Shown: positions 41,128 through 50,135 of the stretch, one piece after another
How positions within the stretch are numbered: the first letter of the stretch is position 1
Layout of the letters: each line of letters starts with the position of its first letter
From: an uncultured Methylomirabilota bacterium
GTDB taxonomy: Bacteria > Methylomirabilota > Methylomirabilia > Methylomirabilales > 2-02-FULL-66-22
DNA length: 64,000 nt
Assembly (NCBI GenBank): GCA_963705305.1
Contig: OY970067.1
Span: 128,001-192,000 of the forward strand
Direction of reading: 5' to 3'
Translations under genes and position numbers: made by a program
Notes under the pieces: generated by a model
What the model saw: only the letters and a program-made list of their open reading frames with translations
Told to the model about the DNA's origin: nothing
Databases searched by the model: none

Positions 41128-41547
41128 GCCGTGGTGCAGGCTGCGGAGGAGAGGGGGGTCTGGGCCATCGCCTACCACTCCGACATGTCCAAGTATGCCC
41201 CGAAGCATCAGCTGACGGCCACCACCCACCTGTGGGGGGACCTGTATATCAAGAACGCCAAAGAGGTCCTGGCCGGCACCTGGAAGCCGACCAGCATCTG
41301 GGGCGGGATCAAGGCCGGGATGATCAAGCTGGCCCCGCTCAATCCCGCCGTGCCCGCCGCCGTCAGGGATCAGGTGGCCAAGATCGAGAAGGAGATCGTG
41401 GCCGGCGCGTTCCATCCCTACGCCGGACCGGTGAAGGACCAGGACGGCAGCATTCGCGTGCCCGCGGGCAAGACCATGTCCGACGACGGCATGCAGAAGA
41501 TGGACTTCTACGTGGAGGGAATCCAGGGCAAGCTCCCCAAGCCGTAA
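41128..41547 (+). pseudogene. 5'-truncated BMP family (PnrA-like) ABC substrate-binding protein
   Basis: AVVQAAEERGVWAIAYHSDM...GTWKP..IWGG...GPVKDQDG...MDFYVEGI is only the C-terminal ~140 aa; in-frame stop just upstream; no signal peptide. Confidence 0.8.
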
Positions 41548-41553
41548 CGCTCC

Positions 41554-41754
41554 CTACCCGCTACACAAAGGTGTTGAAGATTCGTTTGTCAATAGGCGCG
41601 ATTCCCCCGTGGTTACAGCGCATTCCGTCCTTTTCGGATTGGGCTGGCATCGAGGAAGATTTCCTCCCCGACAAGGCGTTCCGATTCGGTCAACCAATTC
41701 ATGCTGTTACTAGCGAAACGCCGACCGTTATCAACACCTTTGTGTAACGGCTAG
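41554..41754. mobile_element. 201-bp MITE (family B) with 24-bp TIRs and 9-bp TSD
   Basis: IRL CTACCCGCTACACAAAGGTGTTGA (41554-41577); IRR reverse complement CTAGCCGTTACACAAAGGTGTTGA (41731-41754); TAACGCTCC duplicated at 41545-41553 and 41755-41763. Confidence 0.9.
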
Positions 41755-41850
41755 TAACGCTCCCGGCCCTCCCGCCCGCCCATCCTTGACGCTTCCTTGA
41801 GACCGCCGCCAGAATTCTTTCCGGGGACGGCCGGGGCGGCCATCCAGATA

Positions 41851-41879
41851 TTGCAAGCGCCCCTTCCCTGAACTATATT
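41851..41879 (+). promoter_or_regulatory. Putative sigma70 promoter for paralog 2
   Basis: TTGCAA-N17-TATATT. Confidence 0.6.
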
Positions 41880-41917
41880 GCAATCAGGAGTCTGTGTCCG
41901 CGCATCGGGGTCGTGAG

Positions 41918-42307
41918 ATGGTTGGATGCTCTCGGGGACGATCCAGGGCCTGGTGGGGGCTGTTCCTCTGCGCCTCGCTGGCGATAGGATGCTATCTTGC
42001 CTTCGACGTGCTAGGCCTGGACGGATCCAACCTGCACCGCCTGCTGAACAACGTCGCGCTGGCGCCGATGGCGGCGGAGCCCGATGTGCGACACATTCTC
42101 CCTCGGCCGCCGACGCTCCCGGATCCGCCGGACATCCCCCGGGCCCCCTTCTTCCACGAGATGTTCTTCGCATCGCTCCGGATCGCTCCCGGTGCCGTCC
42201 CCGTGATCGCTTCCTCCCGCTTTGAGGGCTCCCGTCCCCGCGCGCAGCTGGGACGGGAGTATTCCGCCTCGGACTCCTCCGCCTCCCCCGCCGACTCCCT
42301 GGCCTAG
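41918..42307 (+). CDS. Small hypothetical protein, FDVLxLDGS family, paralog 2 (alternative start 41894)
   Basis: TM helix then YLAFDVLGLDGS; ends SSASPADSLA. Confidence 0.65.
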   Translation: MVGCSRGRSRAWWGLFLCASLAIGCYLAFDVLGLDGSNLHRLLNNVALAPMAAEPDVRHILPRPPTLPDPPDIPRAPFFHEMFFASLRIAPGAVPVIASSRFEGSRPRAQLGREYSASDSSASPADSLA

Positions 42308-42403
42308 GGCCCGGGCCGGCCGGTTCGGCCGGGCCATTTCGCGTTCCCCAGCGCTCCGTCGAACTCGTGGATCCTGCGCGCGAAAGGTCCTGGGAGGTGC
42401 ACC

Positions 42404-42952
42404 ATGGCAGTGATTCTGATTGCGGAAGGTAATGCAGCGGTGGCTCGAAAAATGGCCCGAACATTCCGCCGCATCGGCCACATCCCGGTCGTCGCCCAGA
42501 ACGCCTGGACGGTCCTGGAGGAGGCGCTCGACATCCCCGATATCCATCTCATCTTGATCGACCAGTGGCTGCCGGATCTTCCCGGCACGGAGGTCGTGGA
42601 CCGGCTTCGAAGCCAGCCGGAGACCGCGCACATCCCAGTGGTGCTCTTCGCGGGGCATCCCGAGGCGGCGACTCGGCATCCGATCCCGATCCCTCCTCAT
42701 TGTCCGCCGCCTCGCTGGATCCTTGTCCAGAGGCTCATCGAGACCGGTTCGGAGCGGCTGGCCTTCCACGTATATCAGCGCCTGTGTGCGGACCGATCGC
42801 AGGCCTCATGTGCGACCGCACGGGATGTTCCAACTTGGGCTGAAATCGCGCGGTGGGCAAGAGCAGAGGGGGTGATCAGCGAAGAGCAGGCCGGACTGAT
42901 CGCCCCCGCCGCCTCCGCCAGGGGGGGTCATGAGCCTTCGAGTGTCGCTTGA
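42404..42952 (+). CDS. Atypical or degenerate receiver-domain protein
   Basis: ILIAEG, LILIDQWLPDLPGTEVVDRLRSQPETAHIPVV; lacks the KP motif; SD GGAGG. Confidence 0.6.
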   Translation: MAVILIAEGNAAVARKMARTFRRIGHIPVVAQNAWTVLEEALDIPDIHLILIDQWLPDLPGTEVVDRLRSQPETAHIPVVLFAGHPEAATRHPIPIPPHCPPPRWILVQRLIETGSERLAFHVYQRLCADRSQASCATARDVPTWAEIARWARAEGVISEEQAGLIAPAASARGGHEPSSVA

Positions 42953-43266
42953 CACCAATCCCACCCCTTGATAGCCTCCCGCCGATTCGAGTACTTGCCC
43001 GGAGAATGCTGCCGTGCCCTCGAAATCCAGCTGTCGGGGAAATGCCATGGTGCCTGCCCGGGTTTCAGCGCTGTCTCCCATTTCTCGCCGGCACCCTCGA
43101 ACGCCCGGCAGATCCCCCTACGCCCTTCCCGTATCCGCCGGCCCGGCCGTGCTCCGTATTCGTCCCCCCGCGCTCCCCGCGGCCCCCGACCGCGATCCCG
43201 GGACCGCTGGGCGCCGGGCCGGGTGAGGATCGTGAAACCGAACGCCGGATGAGGCGAGGTGCTGTC

Positions 43267-43992
43267 ATGCCAGAAGTGCTGTGGGAACGGCTCAGGCGGA
43301 TCGAGATCGGGCAGGCCGCGAAGGCGGGAGCGGCGGTGATCATTCCGATCGCCTCCCTCGAGCAGCACGCCAATCACCTGCCGGTCAACACCGACTCCAG
43401 CATCGTATCCACCATCGCCCAGCGGGCCGCCCGGGCCATCGACGCATTCCCGGTGCTGGTCCTCCCCACCGTCTGGACGGGCTACTCCCCCCATCACATG
43501 GCCTACCCCGGGAGCGTCACGCTGAAGCACCACACTTTCGTCGACCTCCTCACGCAGGTGGCCGCCAGCGTCCACGCCCACGGCTTCAAGAAGATCCTCC
43601 TGTTGAACGGACACGGCGAGAACTCCCCCGTCGTGGCCGGCATGCGGACGAAGCTCGAATACGAGGACGGGTTCTCCGTCGTGGGGCAGGACTACTGGAC
43701 CATTCCCGGGATGCCTGAGGCCATGCGGACCCTGTGCCCGACTGACCGGGGATTCATCGGCCATGCGGGCGAGTTCGAGACCTCCGTGCAGATGCATCTC
43801 CAGCCCGAGCTGGTGGAGGCCGACAAGGCGGAGTGGGCACCGGGCGCCCTCGGCGACCCGTCCGCCGCCACCGCGGAGAAGGGCGAACGACTGATCGGGG
43901 CAGCCGTGGAGGCGCTGGCACAATTCCTCCGCGACTTTCACAGCGGAAAAATCGAGGAAGGGCTGCGCTGGCGCAAGGGGATCTCCGGGTAA
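43267..43992 (+). CDS. Creatininase family protein
   Basis: SLEQHANHLPVNTD, GYSPHH, NGHGEN, GHAGEFETS. Confidence 0.92.
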   Translation: MPEVLWERLRRIEIGQAAKAGAAVIIPIASLEQHANHLPVNTDSSIVSTIAQRAARAIDAFPVLVLPTVWTGYSPHHMAYPGSVTLKHHTFVDLLTQVAASVHAHGFKKILLLNGHGENSPVVAGMRTKLEYEDGFSVVGQDYWTIPGMPEAMRTLCPTDRGFIGHAGEFETSVQMHLQPELVEADKAEWAPGALGDPSAATAEKGERLIGAAVEALAQFLRDFHSGKIEEGLRWRKGISG

Positions 43993-44006
43993 AGAGGAAC
44001 GGAGCA

Positions 44007-45185
44007 ATGAACTTCGATCTGGTCATCAGGGGCGGCGAGGTGGTGGACCCCGGCAGCGGTCTGCTGGGACGGATGGACATTGGGATCCGCGACGGCCTGA
44101 TCGCCGCGGTCGATCGGTCCCTGCCGGTCGAGGGGGCCGGCGCGACGCTGAACGCCGCCGGGCAGATCGTCACGCCGGGGCTTTTCGACCTACATACGCA
44201 CGTCTACTGGGGGGCCACCTACTGGGGGATCGAGCCCGATCCGGTCGCCGCGCGCACGGGGGTCACCACCTGGCTCGACGCCGGCACGGCGGGCGGCTAC
44301 GGCTTCCCCGGCTTCCGCCGCCACATCATCGAGGCCAGCCGGGCGCGCGTCTTCGCGCTCCTGAACGTCTCCTGCATCGGCCTCGTCGCCCCCACCTACG
44401 AACTGGCCAACCCGGACTACTGCGACCTCGGCCTTGGCCGGCGGATCGTGGAGGCCAACCGGGACGTCATCTTGGGCATCAAGGCCCGGATCGACGCCAA
44501 CACGACCCGGGGCGTCGGGCTCGAGCCCATGCGGCAGGCGCGCCGGCTGGCCGACCAGGTCGAGCTGCCGTTGATGGTCCACATCGCCAAGCCGCCGCCC
44601 CTCCTGGAGGATATCCTCCCCCTGATGAAGCCGGGCGACATCCTGACCCACTGCTATACGGGACAGGCGAACCGGCTGCTGGAGCCCGGCGGGCGGCTGC
44701 GCGACTTCGTCCGCCGCGCCTGGGATGCGGGCGTGATCATGGATGTCGGGCACGGGACGGGGAGCTTCAGCTACGAGGTCGCCGAGCGGATGCTGGCGGC
44801 AGGGATGCCCCCGGATGTCATCAGCACCGACATCCACCAACTGAGCATCCAGGGCCCCATGTTCGACATGCCGACCACGCTCTCGAAGTTCCTGAACCTC
44901 GGGATGAGCCTGCCGGACACCGTCGAGCGGGCCACGGCGCGGCCCGCCCGGGCCGCCCGTCGTCCGGACCTGGCCAGCCTCAAGCCGGGAGCGCCCGCCG
45001 ACGTGGCTCTGTTCGCCCTGGAGCAGGGGGCCTACACGTTCCACGACGTCTTCATGACGGCTCGCCGCGGGACCCTGCGACTGGTGAACCGGGCCACCAT
45101 CAGGGCCGGCACGCCCATGGCCCCGCGTCCGGAGCCGCCGCTCGCCCCCTGGGCCGAGCTGCCCGAGCCCCAGCGTCCGACCTGA
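44007..45185 (+). CDS. Amidohydrolase/deacetylase family metallohydrolase (dihydroorotase-like)
   Basis: PGLFDLHTH, GVTTWLDAG, MVH, THC, DVGHG, ISTD. Confidence 0.9.
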   Translation: MNFDLVIRGGEVVDPGSGLLGRMDIGIRDGLIAAVDRSLPVEGAGATLNAAGQIVTPGLFDLHTHVYWGATYWGIEPDPVAARTGVTTWLDAGTAGGYGFPGFRRHIIEASRARVFALLNVSCIGLVAPTYELANPDYCDLGLGRRIVEANRDVILGIKARIDANTTRGVGLEPMRQARRLADQVELPLMVHIAKPPPLLEDILPLMKPGDILTHCYTGQANRLLEPGGRLRDFVRRAWDAGVIMDVGHGTGSFSYEVAERMLAAGMPPDVISTDIHQLSIQGPMFDMPTTLSKFLNLGMSLPDTVERATARPARAARRPDLASLKPGAPADVALFALEQGAYTFHDVFMTARRGTLRLVNRATIRAGTPMAPRPEPPLAPWAELPEPQRPT

Positions 45186-45279
45186 CCTCCGGCGGGAAGC
45201 CGCTCCCAGCCGGGACCTCCCGCCTCGCCCTCTCCCGCCGCCTCCCCGGCCGGCGCACAGACACGGAAACGGGAGGGCC

Positions 45280-46287
45280 TCAGCGAACGGCCGGCCGGGA
45301 GGCGCGCAGCAGCGCCCGGGCCTCCCTGCCGGTCTTCAGCAGGAAGATCGGGCCGCCCACGATCAGGTACCAGTAGAAGGTGAATGAACGCCAGATGATG
45401 AGGGTAAAGGCGGCGTTCGCATGGGGCAGGTAGGCTGCCATCAACCCCAGGTAGCCCGCATCCACCCCGCCGCCGCCGGCGGGAATGACGAGCATCTGGC
45501 CTCCCAGGTTCAGCAGCCCCTGTATAAGGAAGAGATAGGCAACAGGGACGTGTCGGGCCACCAGGGAGACCGCAACAACCAGGACAAGGTAGCGGGGCAG
45601 CCAATACCCGACGGAGAAGAGATACAGGGCTGCTCGCCTCGGCCAGGGCAGGGAACGGAATGCTCGCAGGGCGTGCAGGAGGTCTACCGCCCCCCGGGCC
45701 AGGCGGTAGCGGCGCCTCGCCAGCCAGGCGAAGCGCGCCATGAGTCTGCTGAGCCCATGAAGCATGGGGCGGAAGTACCGAACCAGCAGCCAGATCAGCA
45801 CCGCGGCCCCCCCTACCAGGAGGAGCGCCACGCCGATCACCAGCTGGGTGCCGAACGGGTTGCGCACCACCAGCATGACCAGCGCAGCCAGGAACATGGC
45901 GGTGCAGAAGTAGAGGACATCGAGCAGGATGATGATCATGACCAGGCCCACGGCCTTGCCCAGCCGGACCCCCGTCCGGCTGAACAGAAAGATGTAGGTG
46001 GCGGGCATGCCCGAGGCGGCGGGTGTGGCGGCGGCGGCAAACTCGGCGGCGATGGTGATGAGCGCTCCTTCCACGATCCCCACCGGCCTGCGCATCTCCC
46101 CCAGCAGCAGCTGCACCCGGGCGGCGTTGAATCCCCAGCCCACCAGGCTGAGCGCCAGCAGCAGCAGCACCGCCGGCCAGCTCAGGTGGAGGACCTGGCG
46201 GAAGACCTCGCCGCCCCCGAAGATGGCGGGAACGACCAGGGTGAGACAGATGCTGATGAACAAGAGCAGCAGGTAGCGTCTGCGCAT
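45280..46287 (-). CDS. Lysylphosphatidylglycerol synthase TM / flippase-like (UPF0104) protein
   Basis: Multi-TM; ATPAASG, PAGGGGVD, IWRSFTFY. Confidence 0.8.
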   Translation of the reverse strand: MRRRYLLLLFISICLTLVVPAIFGGGEVFRQVLHLSWPAVLLLLALSLVGWGFNAARVQLLLGEMRRPVGIVEGALITIAAEFAAAATPAASGMPATYIFLFSRTGVRLGKAVGLVMIIILLDVLYFCTAMFLAALVMLVVRNPFGTQLVIGVALLLVGGAAVLIWLLVRYFRPMLHGLSRLMARFAWLARRRYRLARGAVDLLHALRAFRSLPWPRRAALYLFSVGYWLPRYLVLVVAVSLVARHVPVAYLFLIQGLLNLGGQMLVIPAGGGGVDAGYLGLMAAYLPHANAAFTLIIWRSFTFYWYLIVGGPIFLLKTGREARALLRASRPAVR

Positions 46288-46601
46288 GAGATTGCATCGC
46301 CTCGGCCGGGGGCGCCGGACGGGAGACGGGGAGAATCCCGGCGTCCACACCGGGCGGGCCGGATACGCCAGGTGGCAGCGGGATGCAAGCCGGCCGTCCG
46401 GCCGAACCGCGACCGTGGGTCGATCCCGCGCCCGGCCCCGCCTCGGGCGGCCGGTTGATTCTACCCCATTCTCCTGCGGGAGGGGCGAAACAATTCGACC
46501 GGCCCGGCCGGGCCGGCCGGCCGCGGTCCGAATGATTCTCGTTGCGCGCGGGACAGGAAGGCGATATAGGAGATGTCTCGCCGCGCGAGTCGGGAGAGAC
46601 C

Positions 46602-47447
46602 ATGGCCGAACGACGCAGCCTCAAAGAGCTGGCCGAGGACCCACGATTCATCCCGGGCGTGTACAACTATTGCGACCGCTGGTGCGAGCGCTGCCCGCTG
46701 ACCTCTCGCTGCCTCGTCTACGCCACGGAGCGGGAGGACGGTGCGGCGGAGGCCTCCGCCTCGGGGGATATCCGCAACCAGGCCTTCTGGACCCGATTGG
46801 AGAAGACGCTTCGCGAGGCCCAGGAGATGCTCCAGGAGCTGCTGGAAGAGCACGGCATCGAAGTCGACCCGGCCGATGCGGTCGAGGCCTGGGCCCGGGC
46901 GCGCCGGCGTCACGACGAGGCCCGGAGTCATCCGTCCGTGGCGGCGGCGGAGGCGTACCGGAAGGCGGCCGACCGGTGGTTCGAGCAGGCGGAAGCCTGC
47001 CTGGCGGCCCACGGGGAGGCGCTGAAGCATCAGGAGCGGATGGAGCTGTCTGGCGCGGATCCCGGGGGGGTCGCGCGGCGCTTGCGGGAAGCGGTCGAGG
47101 TCATTCGTTGGTACCAGCCTCAGATCGTCATCAAGCTGATGCGGGCGGCCGCTTCCGCACGCCAGGAAGCCGGGCAGGAAGAGCCGCTCGACAGGAGTGA
47201 TGCCGACGGATCCGCCAAGGTGGCCCTCATCGGCACCGACCGCTCCCTGGCCGCCTGGGCCGAATTGCTCCGCCAGCTGCCCGAGGAAGAAGACCGCATT
47301 CTGCCGCTGCTGGTCGCCCTCGACCGGATGCGGCGCGAGGTGGAGGCGTGCTTCCCCAAGGCCTGGGCCTTCATCCGGCCCGGCTTCGACGTGGAGGTCT
47401 GGGCGGGCGAACCCGAGCCGGAGAGCGGGGCGCGGCCCTCCGCCTGA
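46602..47447 (+). CDS. Hypothetical protein with Cys motif YNYCDRWCERC
   Basis: Protein-like composition, SD GGAGA; DADGSAKVALI, FP.A..FIRPGFD. Confidence 0.75.
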   Translation: MAERRSLKELAEDPRFIPGVYNYCDRWCERCPLTSRCLVYATEREDGAAEASASGDIRNQAFWTRLEKTLREAQEMLQELLEEHGIEVDPADAVEAWARARRRHDEARSHPSVAAAEAYRKAADRWFEQAEACLAAHGEALKHQERMELSGADPGGVARRLREAVEVIRWYQPQIVIKLMRAAASARQEAGQEEPLDRSDADGSAKVALIGTDRSLAAWAELLRQLPEEEDRILPLLVALDRMRREVEACFPKAWAFIRPGFDVEVWAGEPEPESGARPSA

Positions 47448-47563
47448 GCCCGGGACCGCGGGGCCCGCTTGCGGGGGAGGCCACCCAGTGGCGACCGCTG
47501 CATCCCCGAACTGCTCATGCATCGCACATCCCGTATGTTCCCTCTGAGAGAGGAGTGACCCAC

Positions 47564-48568
47564 ATGCCAATTCGTGTCATGCATTTCGGACTGGGGCCTA
47601 TCGGCGCCGCGGTGCTTCACCAGGTCGCGACGCGGAAGGGATTCAAGGTCGTCGGCGGCGTCGACATCGACCCGCGCAAGCTGGGAGTGGACCTGGGCGA
47701 GATCGCGCGGCTGGATCGCCGGCTCGGCGTCAAGGTCACCGGCGATCCGGTGGCGGCGATCAAGACCGCCAAGCCCGACGTCGTGATGCTGTGCACCTTG
47801 AGCTCGCTCAAGGACGTCATGCCGCAGATCGAGACGATGCTGAGGCTCCGCGTCCCCATCGTCTCGACCACCGAAGAGCTGTCCTACCCGTTCTACTCCA
47901 ACCGGAGGCTGGCGCGGAAGATCGACGAGCTGGCCAAGAAGGCCAAGGTGGCGGTGGTCGGCACCGGCGTCAACCCGGGATTCGTCATGGATGCCCTGCC
48001 CATCATGCTGACTGCGGTCTGCGGGCGGGTGGACTCCATCCGCGTCGACCGGGTCCAGGATGCCGGCCGACGGCGGCTCCCTTTCCAGAAGAAGATCGGC
48101 TCCGGCCTCACCGTCGACCAGTTTCAGGACAAGGTGCGCGCCGGAACGGTCCGGCACGTGGGGCTCACGGAGTCCGTCGCGATGATCGCCGGCGCGCTGG
48201 GGTGGAAGATCGGGAAGATCACCGACACCATCCTGCCCAAGATCGCCGACCGGCAGGTCTCCAGCCAGTTCCTGACCGTGGAGCCCGGCTTGGTCTGCGG
48301 CATTATTCAGACCGGCGTCGGCTACGGGCGGGACGGCCAGCCCCTGATCACCCTGCACATGGAGGCGTACCTGGGGGCCCCGGAATCCTACGACGAGGTG
48401 ACGATCACGGGGGAGCCGAATCTGTCCTCGCGGGTCGAGGGAGGGTTTCACGGCGACGTCGCCACGGCCTCCATCGTCGTCAACACCATCCCCAAGATCC
48501 TGACCGCCCCGCCGGGCCTGCGGACGATGCGCGACATGGTCCTGCCGTCCTGCTTCGGCGGCAGGTAG
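47564..48568 (+). CDS. DapB-like NAD(P)-dependent dehydrogenase (2,4-diaminopentanoate dehydrogenase family)
   Basis: FGLGPIG, STTEEL, GTGVNPGF, RRLPFQKKIG, GDVATA. Confidence 0.8.
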   Translation: MPIRVMHFGLGPIGAAVLHQVATRKGFKVVGGVDIDPRKLGVDLGEIARLDRRLGVKVTGDPVAAIKTAKPDVVMLCTLSSLKDVMPQIETMLRLRVPIVSTTEELSYPFYSNRRLARKIDELAKKAKVAVVGTGVNPGFVMDALPIMLTAVCGRVDSIRVDRVQDAGRRRLPFQKKIGSGLTVDQFQDKVRAGTVRHVGLTESVAMIAGALGWKIGKITDTILPKIADRQVSSQFLTVEPGLVCGIIQTGVGYGRDGQPLITLHMEAYLGAPESYDEVTITGEPNLSSRVEGGFHGDVATASIVVNTIPKILTAPPGLRTMRDMVLPSCFGGR

Positions 48569-48650
48569 ACCGCCGGGCCGGCGGAGGGCAGCGGGGCGCG
48601 TCCGAACAGGCGCAGGGGTCGGATGGAAGGATTGCCGGACGGGCGCTTCT

Positions 48651-49364
48651 TCAGCCGCCCAGGTAGGCTTTCTTGACGCCGGGATCGGCCAGCAGATCCT
48701 GGGAGCTGCCCTGGAGGACGAGGTTGCCGCTTTCCAGCACGTAGCCCCGCTGCGCGAACTGGAGGGCCATGCGGGCATTCTGCTCCACCAGCAGGATGGT
48801 GGTCCCCTCCTTGTTGATCTCGCGCAGCGCCTGAAACATGGTCATCATCAGGACGGGCGCCAGCCCCATGGACGGTTCGTCCAGGAGCATCAGCTTCCGG
48901 CCGCTCATCAACGCCCGCCCGACCGCCAGCATCTGCTGCTCTCCGCCGCTCAGCGTCTCGGCCTTCTGCAGCTGGCGCTCGGCCAGGCGCGGGAACAGCG
49001 AGAACACCCGCGCCAGATCCTGCTCGATTCGCGGGCTGTCCTTGCGGGCGAAGGTGGCCAGCTTCAGATTCTCCATGACCGTGAGGTTGCCGAACAGACG
49101 CCTCCCTTCCGGAACGTGGGAGATCCCCAGCGCGCTGACCACCCGGTCCGGCCGGTACTTGAGCAGGTCCTTTTCCTGGTAGGTGATGCGGCTTCCCGGC
49201 TGCACGGGGATCAGCCGCGAGATGGCCCGCAGCGTGGTGCTCTTCCCGGCGCCGTTCGCCCCGATGATGCAGACGATCTCCCCCTCGGCCACCTGGAAGC
49301 TCAAGCCGTGGAGGGCCTTGATCGCGCCGTAGGACACGCGGAGGTTTTCCACCGAGAGCAGCAT
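48651..49364 (-). CDS. livF: LIV-type ABC ATPase
   Basis: GANGAGKS, VPEGRR, LSGGEQQM, LDEPSMGLAP. Confidence 0.92.
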   Translation of the reverse strand: MLLSVENLRVSYGAIKALHGLSFQVAEGEIVCIIGANGAGKSTTLRAISRLIPVQPGSRITYQEKDLLKYRPDRVVSALGISHVPEGRRLFGNLTVMENLKLATFARKDSPRIEQDLARVFSLFPRLAERQLQKAETLSGGEQQMLAVGRALMSGRKLMLLDEPSMGLAPVLMMTMFQALREINKEGTTILLVEQNARMALQFAQRGYVLESGNLVLQGSSQDLLADPGVKKAYLGG

Positions 49365-50134
49365 CAGATCTCCACCTCCTTGCCCAGGTAGGCGTCGATC
49401 ACCGTGGGGTTGTTCCGGATCTCCTCCGGGGTCCCCTCCGCAATCACCTCGCCGAAGCTCAGGGTCTGGATCCTCTCGCACAGATCCATGACGAACTTCA
49501 TCCGGTGCTCGATGAGGAAGATCGCCAGGCCGAACTGATCCCGGACCTGCCGGATGACCCGCACCATCTCGCTCAATTCCTCCGGATTCATCCCTGCCGT
49601 CGGCTCGTCCAGGAGCAGCACCTTGGGCCGGATGGCCAGCGCCCTGGCCATCTCGACCTTGCGCTGCACGCCGTACGGCAGATTCGTCACCACCTCGTCG
49701 GCCAGGCGGGCAATCCCCATGGTGGCCAGCAGCTCGCGCGCGACCGCATTGGTCTCCGCCTCCTCCTGGGCGAACCGCGGCGTGGCGAAGAAGGCCCCCA
49801 TGAGCCCGTAGGTCAGCTGAGAATAGCGGGCCAGCTTCACGTGCTCGAGGGCGGTCATGTGCCTCCAGAGGCGGAGATTCTGGAAGGTCCTGCCCAGGCC
49901 CCGGGCGGCGATCTGGTAGGGCTGGAGGCCGATCAGGCTCTCGCCCTCGAGTGTCACGCTCCCCGCCGAGGGGGCAATGATGCCCGTGATCAGATTGAAG
50001 ACCGTGGTCTTGCCGGCCCCGTTGGGCCCGATCAGGCCCCGGATCTGGCCGGGCTCGATCTCCATGTTGAAGTCCCGGACGGCGCGCAGGCCGCCGAACT
50101 GGACGGCGAGGTTCCGGACCTGAAGCAGCGCCAT
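49364..50134 (-). CDS. livG: LIV-type ABC ATPase
   Basis: GPNGAGKTT, RTFQNLRL, LPYG, LDEPTAGMNP. Confidence 0.92.
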   Translation of the reverse strand: MALLQVRNLAVQFGGLRAVRDFNMEIEPGQIRGLIGPNGAGKTTVFNLITGIIAPSAGSVTLEGESLIGLQPYQIAARGLGRTFQNLRLWRHMTALEHVKLARYSQLTYGLMGAFFATPRFAQEEAETNAVARELLATMGIARLADEVVTNLPYGVQRKVEMARALAIRPKVLLLDEPTAGMNPEELSEMVRVIRQVRDQFGLAIFLIEHRMKFVMDLCERIQTLSFGEVIAEGTPEEIRNNPTVIDAYLGKEVEI

Positions 50135-50135
50135 G

